Assembly (NCBI GenBank): GCA_027068765.1 | Contig: JAMOMC010000172.1 | Span: 5,123 to 69,122 of the forward strand | Source of the DNA: Campylobacterales bacterium | GTDB taxonomy: Bacteria; Campylobacterota; Campylobacteria; Campylobacterales; QNZT01 | DNA length: 64,000 nucleotides | Reading direction: 5' to 3' | Shown here: in pieces, positions 46,051 to 54,944 of the stretch | Layout: the number at the start of each line of letters is the position of its first letter | How positions within the stretch are numbered: the first letter of the stretch is position 1 | Position numbers and translations under genes: made by a program | Notes under the pieces: generated by a model | Databases searched by the model: none | What the model saw: the letters and a program-made list of their open reading frames with translations, nothing else | Told to the model about the DNA's origin: nothing

Positions 46051-47211
46051 TTAATTTAATTTTTTTCCAAATAACACAACTGGAAGATATTTTACACTCC
46101 AGCTTATAAACAGTACAAGCCAGAGCAAGACTGAGAGGTCAAAAAGTATATTTAAACCACTAAATGAGTAGATAGCTCTTGTTATAACAACAATAGGAGT
46201 TAGATAAAAAAGGGCTTTTGTAGTTTTATCAATAACCATTTGATTTCCAGAGTGTCCAAGAGTTACACGAGTTCCAAAACCTATCATAAGTGTTGTTAAA
46301 AATCCAAGCATAACAAGATGCAAACCAACATAGATAAAATCTTTCTCAAATATAAGTTCTATAAAAGATGCAAAGCTAGAGATAAAAAGAGAGATAGGGA
46401 GCCAAAAGAGTCCAAGATGCAGTATCCATAAGATGCTTTGTGAGTTTTTATATGGTAATTTCCAGCTATAAATCTCTCTTGCTAAGTATAAACTAAGAAG
46501 AAGTAAAAAGATAAAACCTATTTTCAAATTAAACACTTCAAAAATTATAAAGGCAGAAAAAAGAGAAAATGTAATAGGAAGTAATTTTTTATTTTTTTCA
46601 ACCATAACATGAGAAAAAAATGGAATCATTCGCTGTCCAACACTTAAAGCAGTGATAGTTAAGAACAGATAGATAGCAATGAGTTTTGCTAAAGATAAGA
46701 TAGTCTCAGAGTTACTTAAAAATCCTACAAAAAATAAAAAACAAGAGACAACTCCACTAGCAAAACCTATCATAATCCATTTTTGATCATAAAGATCTGG
46801 CATTGGAGAGATCTTATAAATTTGGTAAAAAACTACCATCGTATAGATAAGAGATGCAAAAACAAAAAATACTCCAAAATAAATTAAAACATTAGAGATA
46901 AACGAGCCAATTAAAAAGAGTAAAATTCCCAAAAATAAAAGGGCAAAATTTGTAGTATAAATACTCTTTTCAAGTGCTATAGTTTGGCTAAATCTTGGAA
47001 AGGTTGTAAGTAAAAATCCTAAAAAAAACGGGGTAAAAACAGCAAATATCAAAGAAAAGGAGTGAAAAAAATTTGCAGAGGCAGTAAGTGTTACAATCCC
47101 TTTATAACTAAGAGTAAAAACTAGCATAAAAATGGTAGCATTTACAATACCAAAAGCAAAAAATGCTTGATGTGGCTGTGAAAAAATAAGTTCTAATTTA
47201 CCTCTATTCAT
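46051..47211 (-). CDS. NnrS-family polytopic membrane protein
   Basis: ~12 TM helices, ~386 aa, and an N-terminal 'QPHQAFFAFGI' region resembling the NnrS N-terminus. Family call by recall. Confidence 0.6.
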   Translation of the reverse strand: MNRGKLELIFSQPHQAFFAFGIVNATIFMLVFTLSYKGIVTLTASANFFHSFSLIFAVFTPFFLGFLLTTFPRFSQTIALEKSIYTTNFALLFLGILLFLIGSFISNVLIYFGVFFVFASLIYTMVVFYQIYKISPMPDLYDQKWIMIGFASGVVSCFLFFVGFLSNSETILSLAKLIAIYLFLTITALSVGQRMIPFFSHVMVEKNKKLLPITFSLFSAFIIFEVFNLKIGFIFLLLLSLYLAREIYSWKLPYKNSQSILWILHLGLFWLPISLFISSFASFIELIFEKDFIYVGLHLVMLGFLTTLMIGFGTRVTLGHSGNQMVIDKTTKALFYLTPIVVITRAIYSFSGLNILFDLSVLLWLVLFISWSVKYLPVVLFGKKLN

Positions 47212-47615
47212 GCTAAATACTTTGTAGGAACTTTTATGATATTGTGATTTGTGGGACTCATCTCTTCTCTATCTTTTTCTAAATCTTCTTTATAAACTTG
47301 TAGTTGATCACTCAAAAGAAGAAGCCAAGCAACAAGAGAGTCACTAGCTTTTCCATCTACTTTTCTACACTCTTCTAAAACCTCTTCACCAAGGGTTACG
47401 ATTTTATTTATTTCAACTATTTTTAAATATGCAGAAGAAGATTTTATATTGTGAAAGATGCGAAAAATTTCATCTATATTGTTTTTATAAAGCTCTTTTT
47501 TTTCTAACCCAATTATTAATGGTTCTAATGCTTCAATCATAAATGTATAGTGAGAAAAAAACTCCTCAATAATCTCTAAATCATACTCTATCTCTAAATC
47601 TGTAAAAACACCCAT
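47208..47615 (-). CDS. Single-domain Hpt (histidine phosphotransfer)-like protein
   Basis: 'IFRIFHNIKSSSAYLKI' fits the Hpt 'aHxLKGsa..lG' site. ATG 47615 is preceded by AGAGG. The longer TTG-initiated ORF would overlap the mfd start. 4-bp overlap with the NnrS-like gene. Confidence 0.55.
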   Translation of the reverse strand: MGVFTDLEIEYDLEIIEEFFSHYTFMIEALEPLIIGLEKKELYKNNIDEIFRIFHNIKSSSAYLKIVEINKIVTLGEEVLEECRKVDGKASDSLVAWLLLLSDQLQVYKEDLEKDREEMSPTNHNIIKVPTKYLA

Positions 47616-47675
47616 ATAACCTCTTTTAAATTGACTACTTGCTATTATATTAGCAAAATACAAATAAGGTAAAGT

Positions 47676-50645
47676 TTGCAAGCAACCATATTCGAATACT
47701 TAAAATCCAATCCAAACATAGAAGTTTTAATCATAAAAGATGACAAAGAGGCACAAATAGCTTCTCATTGTGCCTCTTTTTTAGGTTATAAGAGTTTTGT
47801 TTTGCCAGATTTTCGTGCATCTTATGGAGATGATCTTCGCTCATATAAAGAGGAGTTGTTTGAGATAAATATCTCTCTAAGTGCCTATTTTGAGACAAAA
47901 AAGTCTAAAAAGATTCTTATATCTCCTTTTAGGACTTTAGCACATTCACTTCCCAAAAAGTCTCTTTTTCAAAATTTCAATATTGAGTTTGGGCAGAGTT
48001 TAAATCTTTTAGAGTTTAAAGACAAGCTTCTTTACTGGGGGTATAGTTTTGTTGATATTGTGGAGGAAAAAGGAGAGGTTTCATTTCGAGGTGATATTAT
48101 CGATATATTTCCTATCTCATTTTCAAATCCTATTCGTATCTCACTTTTTGATGATGAGATTGAGAGTATTAGAGAGTTTTCTTATTTGAGTCAAAAAAGT
48201 AATAAAGAGGAATTAGAAACTATTAAAATCTCTCCTGCACTCTTTGGGCTTTGTAAAGAGGAGTATGAGCTTCTAGAATCAAGAGTGAGTGAGCTTAAAA
48301 GTGATAGTTTTGTGCAAGATATAAACTCTCTTGGGTTTTGGTGTTTGGAGGAGTTAGCGGAGAATTATCTAAAAAAGATGACTCTTATCTCTGTTTCAAA
48401 TATAACAAAAGAGGTAGAAGAGTATTTTTCTTTTTCACAAGATGCTAAGAAAAAAGAGCAATTTTTAGAGATACCTATTATAAATGAGCCTAAAATATAT
48501 AAAGATATAGAGGTTGCTTCATTAGATGCACTAATAGAGTATCATAAAGATAAAAAGATAACCATAATTGCTAAAAATGAAGGCTTGGCAAAACAGTCAG
48601 TTATCAAAAGTGATGCTAAAATATCTTATCAATATAGTGAGTTAATAATAAACCTTTTAAGTAGTGAAGAGCTTATCATATCTCTAAACAAACCTGAGAA
48701 AAAAAATCGAAAAAATCGAAGTAAAATTGTACTTGATGATCTTAAAGTTGGAGATTATGTTGTTCATGAAAATTACGGTATCGGTCTTTTTAAAGGTCTT
48801 ACAAATACCAAGGTTTTAGGTGTTGTGAGGGATTTTGTTGAGATTTCTTACCAAGGAGATGATAGGCTTTTAATCCCTGTTGAAAATTTAACTCTCATAG
48901 ATAGATATATATCTGATGGTGGTGGTATGGCTATAGTTGATAAGCTTGGAAAAAGTAGCTTTATCAAGATGAAAGCCAAAGCAAAAATAAAACTTTTTGA
49001 GATTGCTAAAGAGATTATCGAAATAGCAGCAAATAGAGAGCTTATTAATGGAGCTAAAATTAGCTCAAATGATGATGAGTTAGAAGTATTTCAAGCAGAT
49101 GCAGGGTTTGTTTATACTCAGTGTCAAGAGAAGAGTATATCTGAGATATTTGAAGATTTGGCAAGTGCTAAGGTTATGGATAGACTCCTTAGTGGAGATG
49201 TTGGGTTTGGAAAAACTGAGGTTGCTATGAATGCAATTTTTGCGAGTGTAAAGAGTGGTTTTCAAGCTGCATTTTTAGCTCCAACTACTCTTCTTTGTTC
49301 TCAACACTTAAAAAGTTTAAAAGAGAGGTTTTCAAAGTATGGTATTTCAGTTGTAAAGCTTGATCGTTTCACAAGCACAAAAGAGAAAAATGAGATTTTA
49401 AAAGGTCTTAAAAGTGGAAGTATCGATGTTTGTGTAGGAACTCACTCTCTTTTTGGAGTAGAGTTTAATAATCTTGCATTTTTAGTTTTAGATGAAGAGC
49501 ATAAGTTTGGAGTAAAACAAAAAGAGAAGTTAAAAGCCCTAAAACAAAACCTCCACATACTCTCAATGAGCGCCACCCCAATACCAAGAAGTTTAAACAT
49601 GGCTCTCTCATCTATAAAACAGTATTCGCAACTTCAAACCCCACCAGATAAAAGAGAAGATGTGAGGACTTTTGTAAAAGAGTATAATGAGAAGCTTTTA
49701 AAAGAGATATCTCTTCGTGAGATTAGAAGAGGAGGGCAGATTTTTTATGTACACAATAGAATTTCAAGCATAGAGCAAAAGAGAAAAGAGCTCCAAGAGA
49801 TATTGCCTGAAGCAAAAATTCTTGTGCTTCACTCTAAGATTTCAGCAGCTGTTACAGAAAAAGAGATAATGGCATTTGAGAAAAAAGAGTATGATATTTT
49901 AATCTCTACAACTATCATAGAATCAGGCATCCACATACCAAATGTAAATACAATTATAGTTGAAAATGCTGATAGATTTGGAATGGCAGATCTTCATCAG
50001 CTTCGTGGACGAGTAGGTAGAGGGAGCAGGGTTGGGTATTGCTACTTTTTAGTAAAAAATAAAGATGAGATTTCAGATAGTTCAAAAAAAAGATTAATCG
50101 CACTAGAGTCAAACTCATTTTTAGGAAGTGGGGCGGTATTAGCTTATCATGATTTAGAGATTAGAGGTGGTGGAAATTTGATAGGAGAAGCACAAAGTGG
50201 TCATATTAAAAATATCGGATATTCACTCTATCTTAAAATGTTAGAAGATGCACTAAGTACACTCTTAAATGAGCAAAAAGTAGAGAAAAAAGAGGTAGAG
50301 ATAAAGCTTGCTGTTAGTGCATATCTAAGTAGTGATTCAGTTGGAGAGGATCGCATAAGATTGGAACTGTATCGTCGCCTTAGCAAATGTGAGAGTGTAA
50401 ATGAAGTTTATGAGATAGAGGAGGAGATGATTGACCGTTTTGGTAAGTTAGATCTTATGACAAAAAGTTTTTTAGAGATAATAGTGATAAAAATTTTAGC
50501 TTCACAAAAGGGGATAAAACTCATATCTAGTTATCAGCAAAACATTACAATTGTTAAAGATGATGAGACAAAAGAGTATCTGAAATCTCCAAGCAAAGAT
50601 GATGATGATATTATCAATACTACTTTGGGGTTTTTGAGGAGGTAA
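47676..50645 (+). CDS. mfd: Transcription-repair coupling factor
   Basis: CarD/RID-like 'GDYVVHENYGIG', Walker A 'GDVGFGKTEVAM', 'VLDEEHKFG', 'LHQLRGRVGR' and a TRCF C-terminal domain. Confidence 0.9.
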   Translation: MQATIFEYLKSNPNIEVLIIKDDKEAQIASHCASFLGYKSFVLPDFRASYGDDLRSYKEELFEINISLSAYFETKKSKKILISPFRTLAHSLPKKSLFQNFNIEFGQSLNLLEFKDKLLYWGYSFVDIVEEKGEVSFRGDIIDIFPISFSNPIRISLFDDEIESIREFSYLSQKSNKEELETIKISPALFGLCKEEYELLESRVSELKSDSFVQDINSLGFWCLEELAENYLKKMTLISVSNITKEVEEYFSFSQDAKKKEQFLEIPIINEPKIYKDIEVASLDALIEYHKDKKITIIAKNEGLAKQSVIKSDAKISYQYSELIINLLSSEELIISLNKPEKKNRKNRSKIVLDDLKVGDYVVHENYGIGLFKGLTNTKVLGVVRDFVEISYQGDDRLLIPVENLTLIDRYISDGGGMAIVDKLGKSSFIKMKAKAKIKLFEIAKEIIEIAANRELINGAKISSNDDELEVFQADAGFVYTQCQEKSISEIFEDLASAKVMDRLLSGDVGFGKTEVAMNAIFASVKSGFQAAFLAPTTLLCSQHLKSLKERFSKYGISVVKLDRFTSTKEKNEILKGLKSGSIDVCVGTHSLFGVEFNNLAFLVLDEEHKFGVKQKEKLKALKQNLHILSMSATPIPRSLNMALSSIKQYSQLQTPPDKREDVRTFVKEYNEKLLKEISLREIRRGGQIFYVHNRISSIEQKRKELQEILPEAKILVLHSKISAAVTEKEIMAFEKKEYDILISTTIIESGIHIPNVNTIIVENADRFGMADLHQLRGRVGRGSRVGYCYFLVKNKDEISDSSKKRLIALESNSFLGSGAVLAYHDLEIRGGGNLIGEAQSGHIKNIGYSLYLKMLEDALSTLLNEQKVEKKEVEIKLAVSAYLSSDSVGEDRIRLELYRRLSKCESVNEVYEIEEEMIDRFGKLDLMTKSFLEIIVIKILASQKGIKLISSYQQNITIVKDDETKEYLKSPSKDDDDIINTTLGFLRR

Positions 50646-50895
50646 TATATGTGTCTGATAAGAAGTCACTTAATTTGATGTTGGTGTAAACCAATAGAGT
50701 ATTTTGTTACTTTCTTTCTTCTTATAAGTAATCATTCACAAATTTTATTTAAAATTATAACATTAAAAAATTTGATTTTTTTGATTTTCTTATATTGCTA
50801 TCGAATTTAGCTTATAAACAATATAAACTTGGAAAAACTATTTAACTTTGCAAATAATTGTGATAAAATATTTCATAGATATGCAAGGGAGAAAT

Positions 50896-52551
50896 ATGAC
50901 AAATACAGAAGTTCTACGGTTTATTATCAGTGGATTAGAAAATAGCCCTGATATTATTTGGAAAGGGGATAAGGAGCTTTTTGAGTTGATTTTTGATCCG
51001 ATTCCATATGGGAATGATATTGAAAATAGACAAAAAGAGGCAAAACAATTTATCTTCGATATATTTCAAAATGTTGGCAAGTTTGATAAAGCAAAATTTA
51101 ATAAACTTGTAAAAAATATAATCTCTGGAGGAAGTGAGGAGAGTTGTAGAAAAAAAATAGTAGCCTTTCTTCAAGAAGAGATAACACGACTAGAAATCAT
51201 AACAGATGTAGATATAGAAAAACTTGTTGAAGCACTTCCTTGTAAAGGTGATTTAGATAAAGGGCAAAAAGAGTATATCTATGATATTTTTCAATATGTT
51301 GAAAAGTTTAATAAAACAAAATTTGATCAACTTTCAAAATCTATAACTTGCGGAAAAGATGAAAAGATAGATAAAGAAGTAGTAATAACCTTTTTGCGAG
51401 AAGAGGTAACACGACTAAAAATTATAACAGATGTAGATATAGAAAAACTTGTTGAGTTTATTCCTTGTAAAGATAGTAAAGAAAAAAATTATAAGACATC
51501 ATTTTCAGGTTGGAAAAAAGAGGGAACTATTTCTAGTATAGGTTGTAAAAGAATTAAAAAAGCTCTACAGAAAAATTTTTATTTTGAAAGTGACTTATGG
51601 TCTAAAGGAGATACTTTTATAAAACAAAGATTACAAGAAGGTATAAATAAATTTATAATTGGTCCTCTTCCATTAGATCCTATAACCCCTTCTTTTACAC
51701 AAGAAGAGTTGGATGACTTATTAAATATTAGAGGTATGAAGTTACAAGAAATTAAACAATATCTAGAAGAACACCCTATTTTATCACAAAATTTTGTAGA
51801 AAAATTGATTTATATTTTATATGATAAAGAATACTATGATCTTTTAGTAGATGAAGTATTTAATAAATTTTATAAAGATGATATAGGGATTAAAAAAATA
51901 AAAGCACATGTTTGGGGTAGTGATAAAATAGGTAAATATTTAGAAGCATATTATTTACTTTCTACTATACCTTCAGACGATGATGATGAAATAGTAAATA
52001 TGAAAACTGCGGCAACCTCAAATATGAGACGACATCAGTTAAATGATGCAAAAACAGACAACAATCAAAAAAAAGAGATTATTGAAACGCTAATCTCTGA
52101 TTACAAAGAAACTTTTGAGTCTAAAGATACTTACAACTACTATCCTGGTATAAATTTAGCCTATATGTCAGTGATATCTATAGCTCTTTTTGGCAACGAG
52201 ATAAAACTAGATGATAGTATTTCTACTATTTATAATAAATCAAAAAAATCTATCGATATAGACAAAAAAAATCTTGATACTTCAAAACAATACTATGCAA
52301 ACATAACTACTATCGAGTTTATGCTACTTAACAACATTGAAAGTTTTACTGTTGAATTAGAACAATTTTTGGACTCTAAAGAGCAAACAATAATTATTAA
52401 AGGGCTACTTCAAACAAGGCGACAGATGCAGTTTTTTATCGATACTCTTGCAAGCTCTGGGATTAGTAAAAATCCTATCATCTTAAATATGCAAAAATCA
52501 ATAAAGATAATTGATGACTTTATAGATGGTTTAAAAGAATTTGAAATGTAA
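50896..52551 (+). CDS. Unknown protein A: duplicated novel N-terminal module + DUF4071/TRAF-binding-TPR-like C-terminal domain (tentative)
   Basis: ATG 50896 is preceded by AGGGAG and aligns with the paralog start 'MTN(T/S)EV'. C-terminal motifs 'YNYYPGINLAYM' and 'KQYYANITTIEFMLL'. I recognise no enzymatic motif. Confidence 0.7.
   Translation: MTNTEVLRFIISGLENSPDIIWKGDKELFELIFDPIPYGNDIENRQKEAKQFIFDIFQNVGKFDKAKFNKLVKNIISGGSEESCRKKIVAFLQEEITRLEIITDVDIEKLVEALPCKGDLDKGQKEYIYDIFQYVEKFNKTKFDQLSKSITCGKDEKIDKEVVITFLREEVTRLKIITDVDIEKLVEFIPCKDSKEKNYKTSFSGWKKEGTISSIGCKRIKKALQKNFYFESDLWSKGDTFIKQRLQEGINKFIIGPLPLDPITPSFTQEELDDLLNIRGMKLQEIKQYLEEHPILSQNFVEKLIYILYDKEYYDLLVDEVFNKFYKDDIGIKKIKAHVWGSDKIGKYLEAYYLLSTIPSDDDDEIVNMKTAATSNMRRHQLNDAKTDNNQKKEIIETLISDYKETFESKDTYNYYPGINLAYMSVISIALFGNEIKLDDSISTIYNKSKKSIDIDKKNLDTSKQYYANITTIEFMLLNNIESFTVELEQFLDSKEQTIIIKGLLQTRRQMQFFIDTLASSGISKNPIILNMQKSIKIIDDFIDGLKEFEM
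51031..51471 (+). repeat. Intragenic tandem duplication (~70-aa module x2) inside gene A
   Basis: Unit 1 (51031-51246) 'QKEAKQFIFDIFQNVGKFDKAKFNKL...TRLEIITDVDIEKLVEALPCK'. Unit 2 (51265-51471) 'QKEYIYDIFQYVEKFNKTKFDQL...TRLKIITDVDIEKLVEFIPCK'. The stretch 'ataacagatgtagatatagaaaaacttgttga' is identical in both. Confidence 0.85.
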
Positions 52552-52615
52552 ATCCAAATAATCCAATATAAAAGTGTTATGATAATATCACACAGATAAG
52601 AAATGAGGATAAAAT

Positions 52616-53265
52616 ATGACAAATTCAGAAGTTGTGCAGTTTATTATCAGTAAGTTAGAAAATAGCTCTATCACTTGGAAAGGTGACAAAGAGCTTTTTG
52701 AATTGATTTTTGCTCCAATTCCATATGGGAATGAAATTGAGAAGAGACAAAAAGAGATAAAACGATCTATTTTTGATATCTTTCAAGATATTGATAAGTT
52801 TGATAAAATAAAATTTAATAAACTTGTAAGAGATATAAGCTGTGGAGATCAAAAAAGACATAAAAAACAGATTATAACCTTTTTAGAAGAAGAGATAATA
52901 AGGCTCAAAATCACAACAGATGCAGATATAAAAAAACTTGTTTCCGTTATTCCTTGCAAAAATTCTAAAGAGAAAAACTATAGAACTCAATTTGCACATT
53001 GGAAAAAAAAAGGAGCTACTGTTACTATACATGATAGGAGTATCAAAAATGCTTTGCAGAAAAATTTTTATTTTGAAAGTGACTTATGGTCTATGGAAGA
53101 TGCAGCTATAAAACAAATATTGCAAAAGGGTATAGACACTAGAATTCTATTACTGAATTAGAACTGTTTTTGAAATTTAAGGAGAGGATAATAATTTGCA
53201 TAGAGCTAACAAAACGACAGATGAAGTTTTTTATCGATACTCTTGCAAACTCTGGAATAGGTTGA
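52616..53265 (+). pseudogene. Tandem, internally deleted and frameshifted copy (A') of gene A
   Basis: ORF 52616-53161 parallels the A N-terminus with a single repeat unit, including an identical run 'cagaaaaatttttattttgaaagtgacttatggtcta'. 53158-53265, in a different frame, reads 'LELFLKFKERIIICIELTKRQMKFFIDTLANSGIG*', matching A's C-terminal 'ELEQFLDSKEQTIIIKGLLQTRRQMQFFIDTLASSGIS'. Confidence 0.7.
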
Positions 53266-53303
53266 AATATAAAAATGTTAATATCAATACGCAAGGGTAG
53301 TAA

Positions 53304-54371
53304 ATGACAAATAATTTCTTTGAAAAACATTCTATTTTAGGGTTACAACCCGAAATCATAAAAAGTGATAAAAGCTATAGTATAGTTCTCTATGGTAACT
53401 CCCCTCTGGCTATAAAGATATTTTATCAACTTGCTATCTTATCAAATCTTCCAAATGAAAACATACTAAATTTATACCTTGTTGATTTGAAAGCTAAGAA
53501 TTTTTATAAAAAATTAAAAAAGCTTTTTAGTGGTATCAAAAAAATAACTCATCTTAATATCATAACTATAGAGTTAGATAGTAAAAATCCCAAATTTTAT
53601 ACCAACAAAATATGGCAAAAAGAGAACTTAACAAATATCATTATTGCAACACAAAATGAAAAGAAAAATTTAAAAATCAAAACAGAGCTCAAAAACTACA
53701 TATCTAGCAAAAAAACTAAAATTTTATTACCTATAGCAAGTCGAACCAATATCAACTCTAAACAAATAGCAAAATTGATTAACTACCTATATCAAGAGAC
53801 AAAATACAACCCAAATCTACTTTTTACACAAAAAGATAAAGATAAAGCAAAAACAATATGGTCAAATAAAATATTATTAAGTGATAAAAAATCAACTAAG
53901 ATGCAAAGTATTCATATAGATACAAAACTATTAACTCTTGGTTTAAAAAAACAAAAAAGCACAAAAACCCCCGAAGAACTTTTAAAAATAAATAAAGAGA
54001 TATTTGATAAAAAATTAGGGTTTAGAGAGATAGATGATCAAAAATTACAAGAGTACTCTCTGAAATTTCAAGATACTAAAAATAACTTTACAGCAATTTA
54101 CTTTCCAAAAGAGTTTAAAAGTCTATTTGAAAAGCTGATAAGAAGTGAACATAACAGATGGAACACTTATCATTATCTAAATGGTTGGAAATATAATAAA
54201 AATAAAAACAAACAACTAAAAGAACACAACTGCTTGATGCCTTTGGAAAAATTTGATAAAGAGTATCTTAAAACTACAGTGATATTTGATATATACTCTA
54301 TAGTTTATATACCAAATTTATTGGCTAGTGTTGGGGTGGAATTAGTTGATATAATGGAAAAAACACTCTAA
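53304..54371 (+). CDS. Unknown protein B: N-terminal Rossmann-like region + C-terminal RyR-like domain (tentative)
   Basis: 'SEHNRWNTYHYLNGWKYNKNKNKQLKEHNCLMPLEKFDKEYLKTTVIFDIYSIVYIPNLLASVG' fits the RyR-domain pattern (H..W......GW.Y......K.H..L.P...L......D...V..IP..L...G). RBS 'AAGGGTAG' lies upstream. Confidence 0.65.
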   Translation: MTNNFFEKHSILGLQPEIIKSDKSYSIVLYGNSPLAIKIFYQLAILSNLPNENILNLYLVDLKAKNFYKKLKKLFSGIKKITHLNIITIELDSKNPKFYTNKIWQKENLTNIIIATQNEKKNLKIKTELKNYISSKKTKILLPIASRTNINSKQIAKLINYLYQETKYNPNLLFTQKDKDKAKTIWSNKILLSDKKSTKMQSIHIDTKLLTLGLKKQKSTKTPEELLKINKEIFDKKLGFREIDDQKLQEYSLKFQDTKNNFTAIYFPKEFKSLFEKLIRSEHNRWNTYHYLNGWKYNKNKNKQLKEHNCLMPLEKFDKEYLKTTVIFDIYSIVYIPNLLASVGVELVDIMEKTL

Positions 54372-54386
54372 AAAAGGTAATAATTT

Positions 54387-54944
54387 ATGGCATACTTTCC
54401 CGCATTTATAAAACTTGACAATTTAAAAATTTTGATTATCGGTGGCGGTAATATAGCTAGTGAAAAACTTGGGCATATGTTGGATTTTACTAAGGATATA
54501 ACAGTAATATCTCCAAAACTATCAGCTACTTCAAGAGAGTTAATAAAAAAGAATTCGCTTTTTTTTATAAATAAAATTTATGAGAAAGATGATATTGATG
54601 GTTTTGCTATAGTTATCGTGGCAGTTGATGATGTGAGTGTTCAAAAAAGTGTTTATGAAGAGGCAAAAAGTAAAAAGATACTTTGCAATAGTGTTGATAG
54701 TGTGGATTATTGTGATTTTATATTTCCTTCATATATAAAAGATGGAGACTTGACAATTGCTATCTCAACCTCAGGTTCATCTCCAGCTTTGGCTAAACAT
54801 CTGCGTAAATTTTTGCAAAAGGTTATGCCAAAGTCTATAGATGATTTTTTAAAACAGATGAAAAGATATAGAGAGAGTATGCCAAAAGGAAAAGAGAGGA
54901 TGGAATTTTTGGATAAAAAGGCTAAAGATTTTTTTAAAACTTAA
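54387..54944 (+). CDS. Precorrin-2 dehydrogenase / sirohydrochlorin ferrochelatase (SirC/CysG N-terminal-like)
   Basis: 'FPAFIKLDN.KILIIGGGNIASEK', 'DFIFPS' and 'LTIAISTSGSSPALAK'. Confidence 0.8.
   Translation: MAYFPAFIKLDNLKILIIGGGNIASEKLGHMLDFTKDITVISPKLSATSRELIKKNSLFFINKIYEKDDIDGFAIVIVAVDDVSVQKSVYEEAKSKKILCNSVDSVDYCDFIFPSYIKDGDLTIAISTSGSSPALAKHLRKFLQKVMPKSIDDFLKQMKRYRESMPKGKERMEFLDKKAKDFFKT

Noticed and set aside
50646-50700. Imperfect inverted repeat 'gtgtctgataagaagtcac' after mfd, considered as a terminator.
   Set aside because: The stem is only ~6 bp with a mismatch and has no U-tract. Too weak to call.
52410-53330. Minus-strand ORFs 52410-52622, 52655-52861 and 53139-53330 (and 50935-51174) within the A/A' locus.
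   Set aside because: They mirror each other only because the plus-strand genes are duplicated. They have no independent start signals and give hydrophobic or low-complexity translations. Spurious.
50646-54386. Whether the mfd-sirC insert is a mobile element or prophage remnant.
   Set aside because: I found no integrase, transposase, tRNA target, or flanking direct or inverted repeats. I describe it only as an accessory insert, not as a mobile element.
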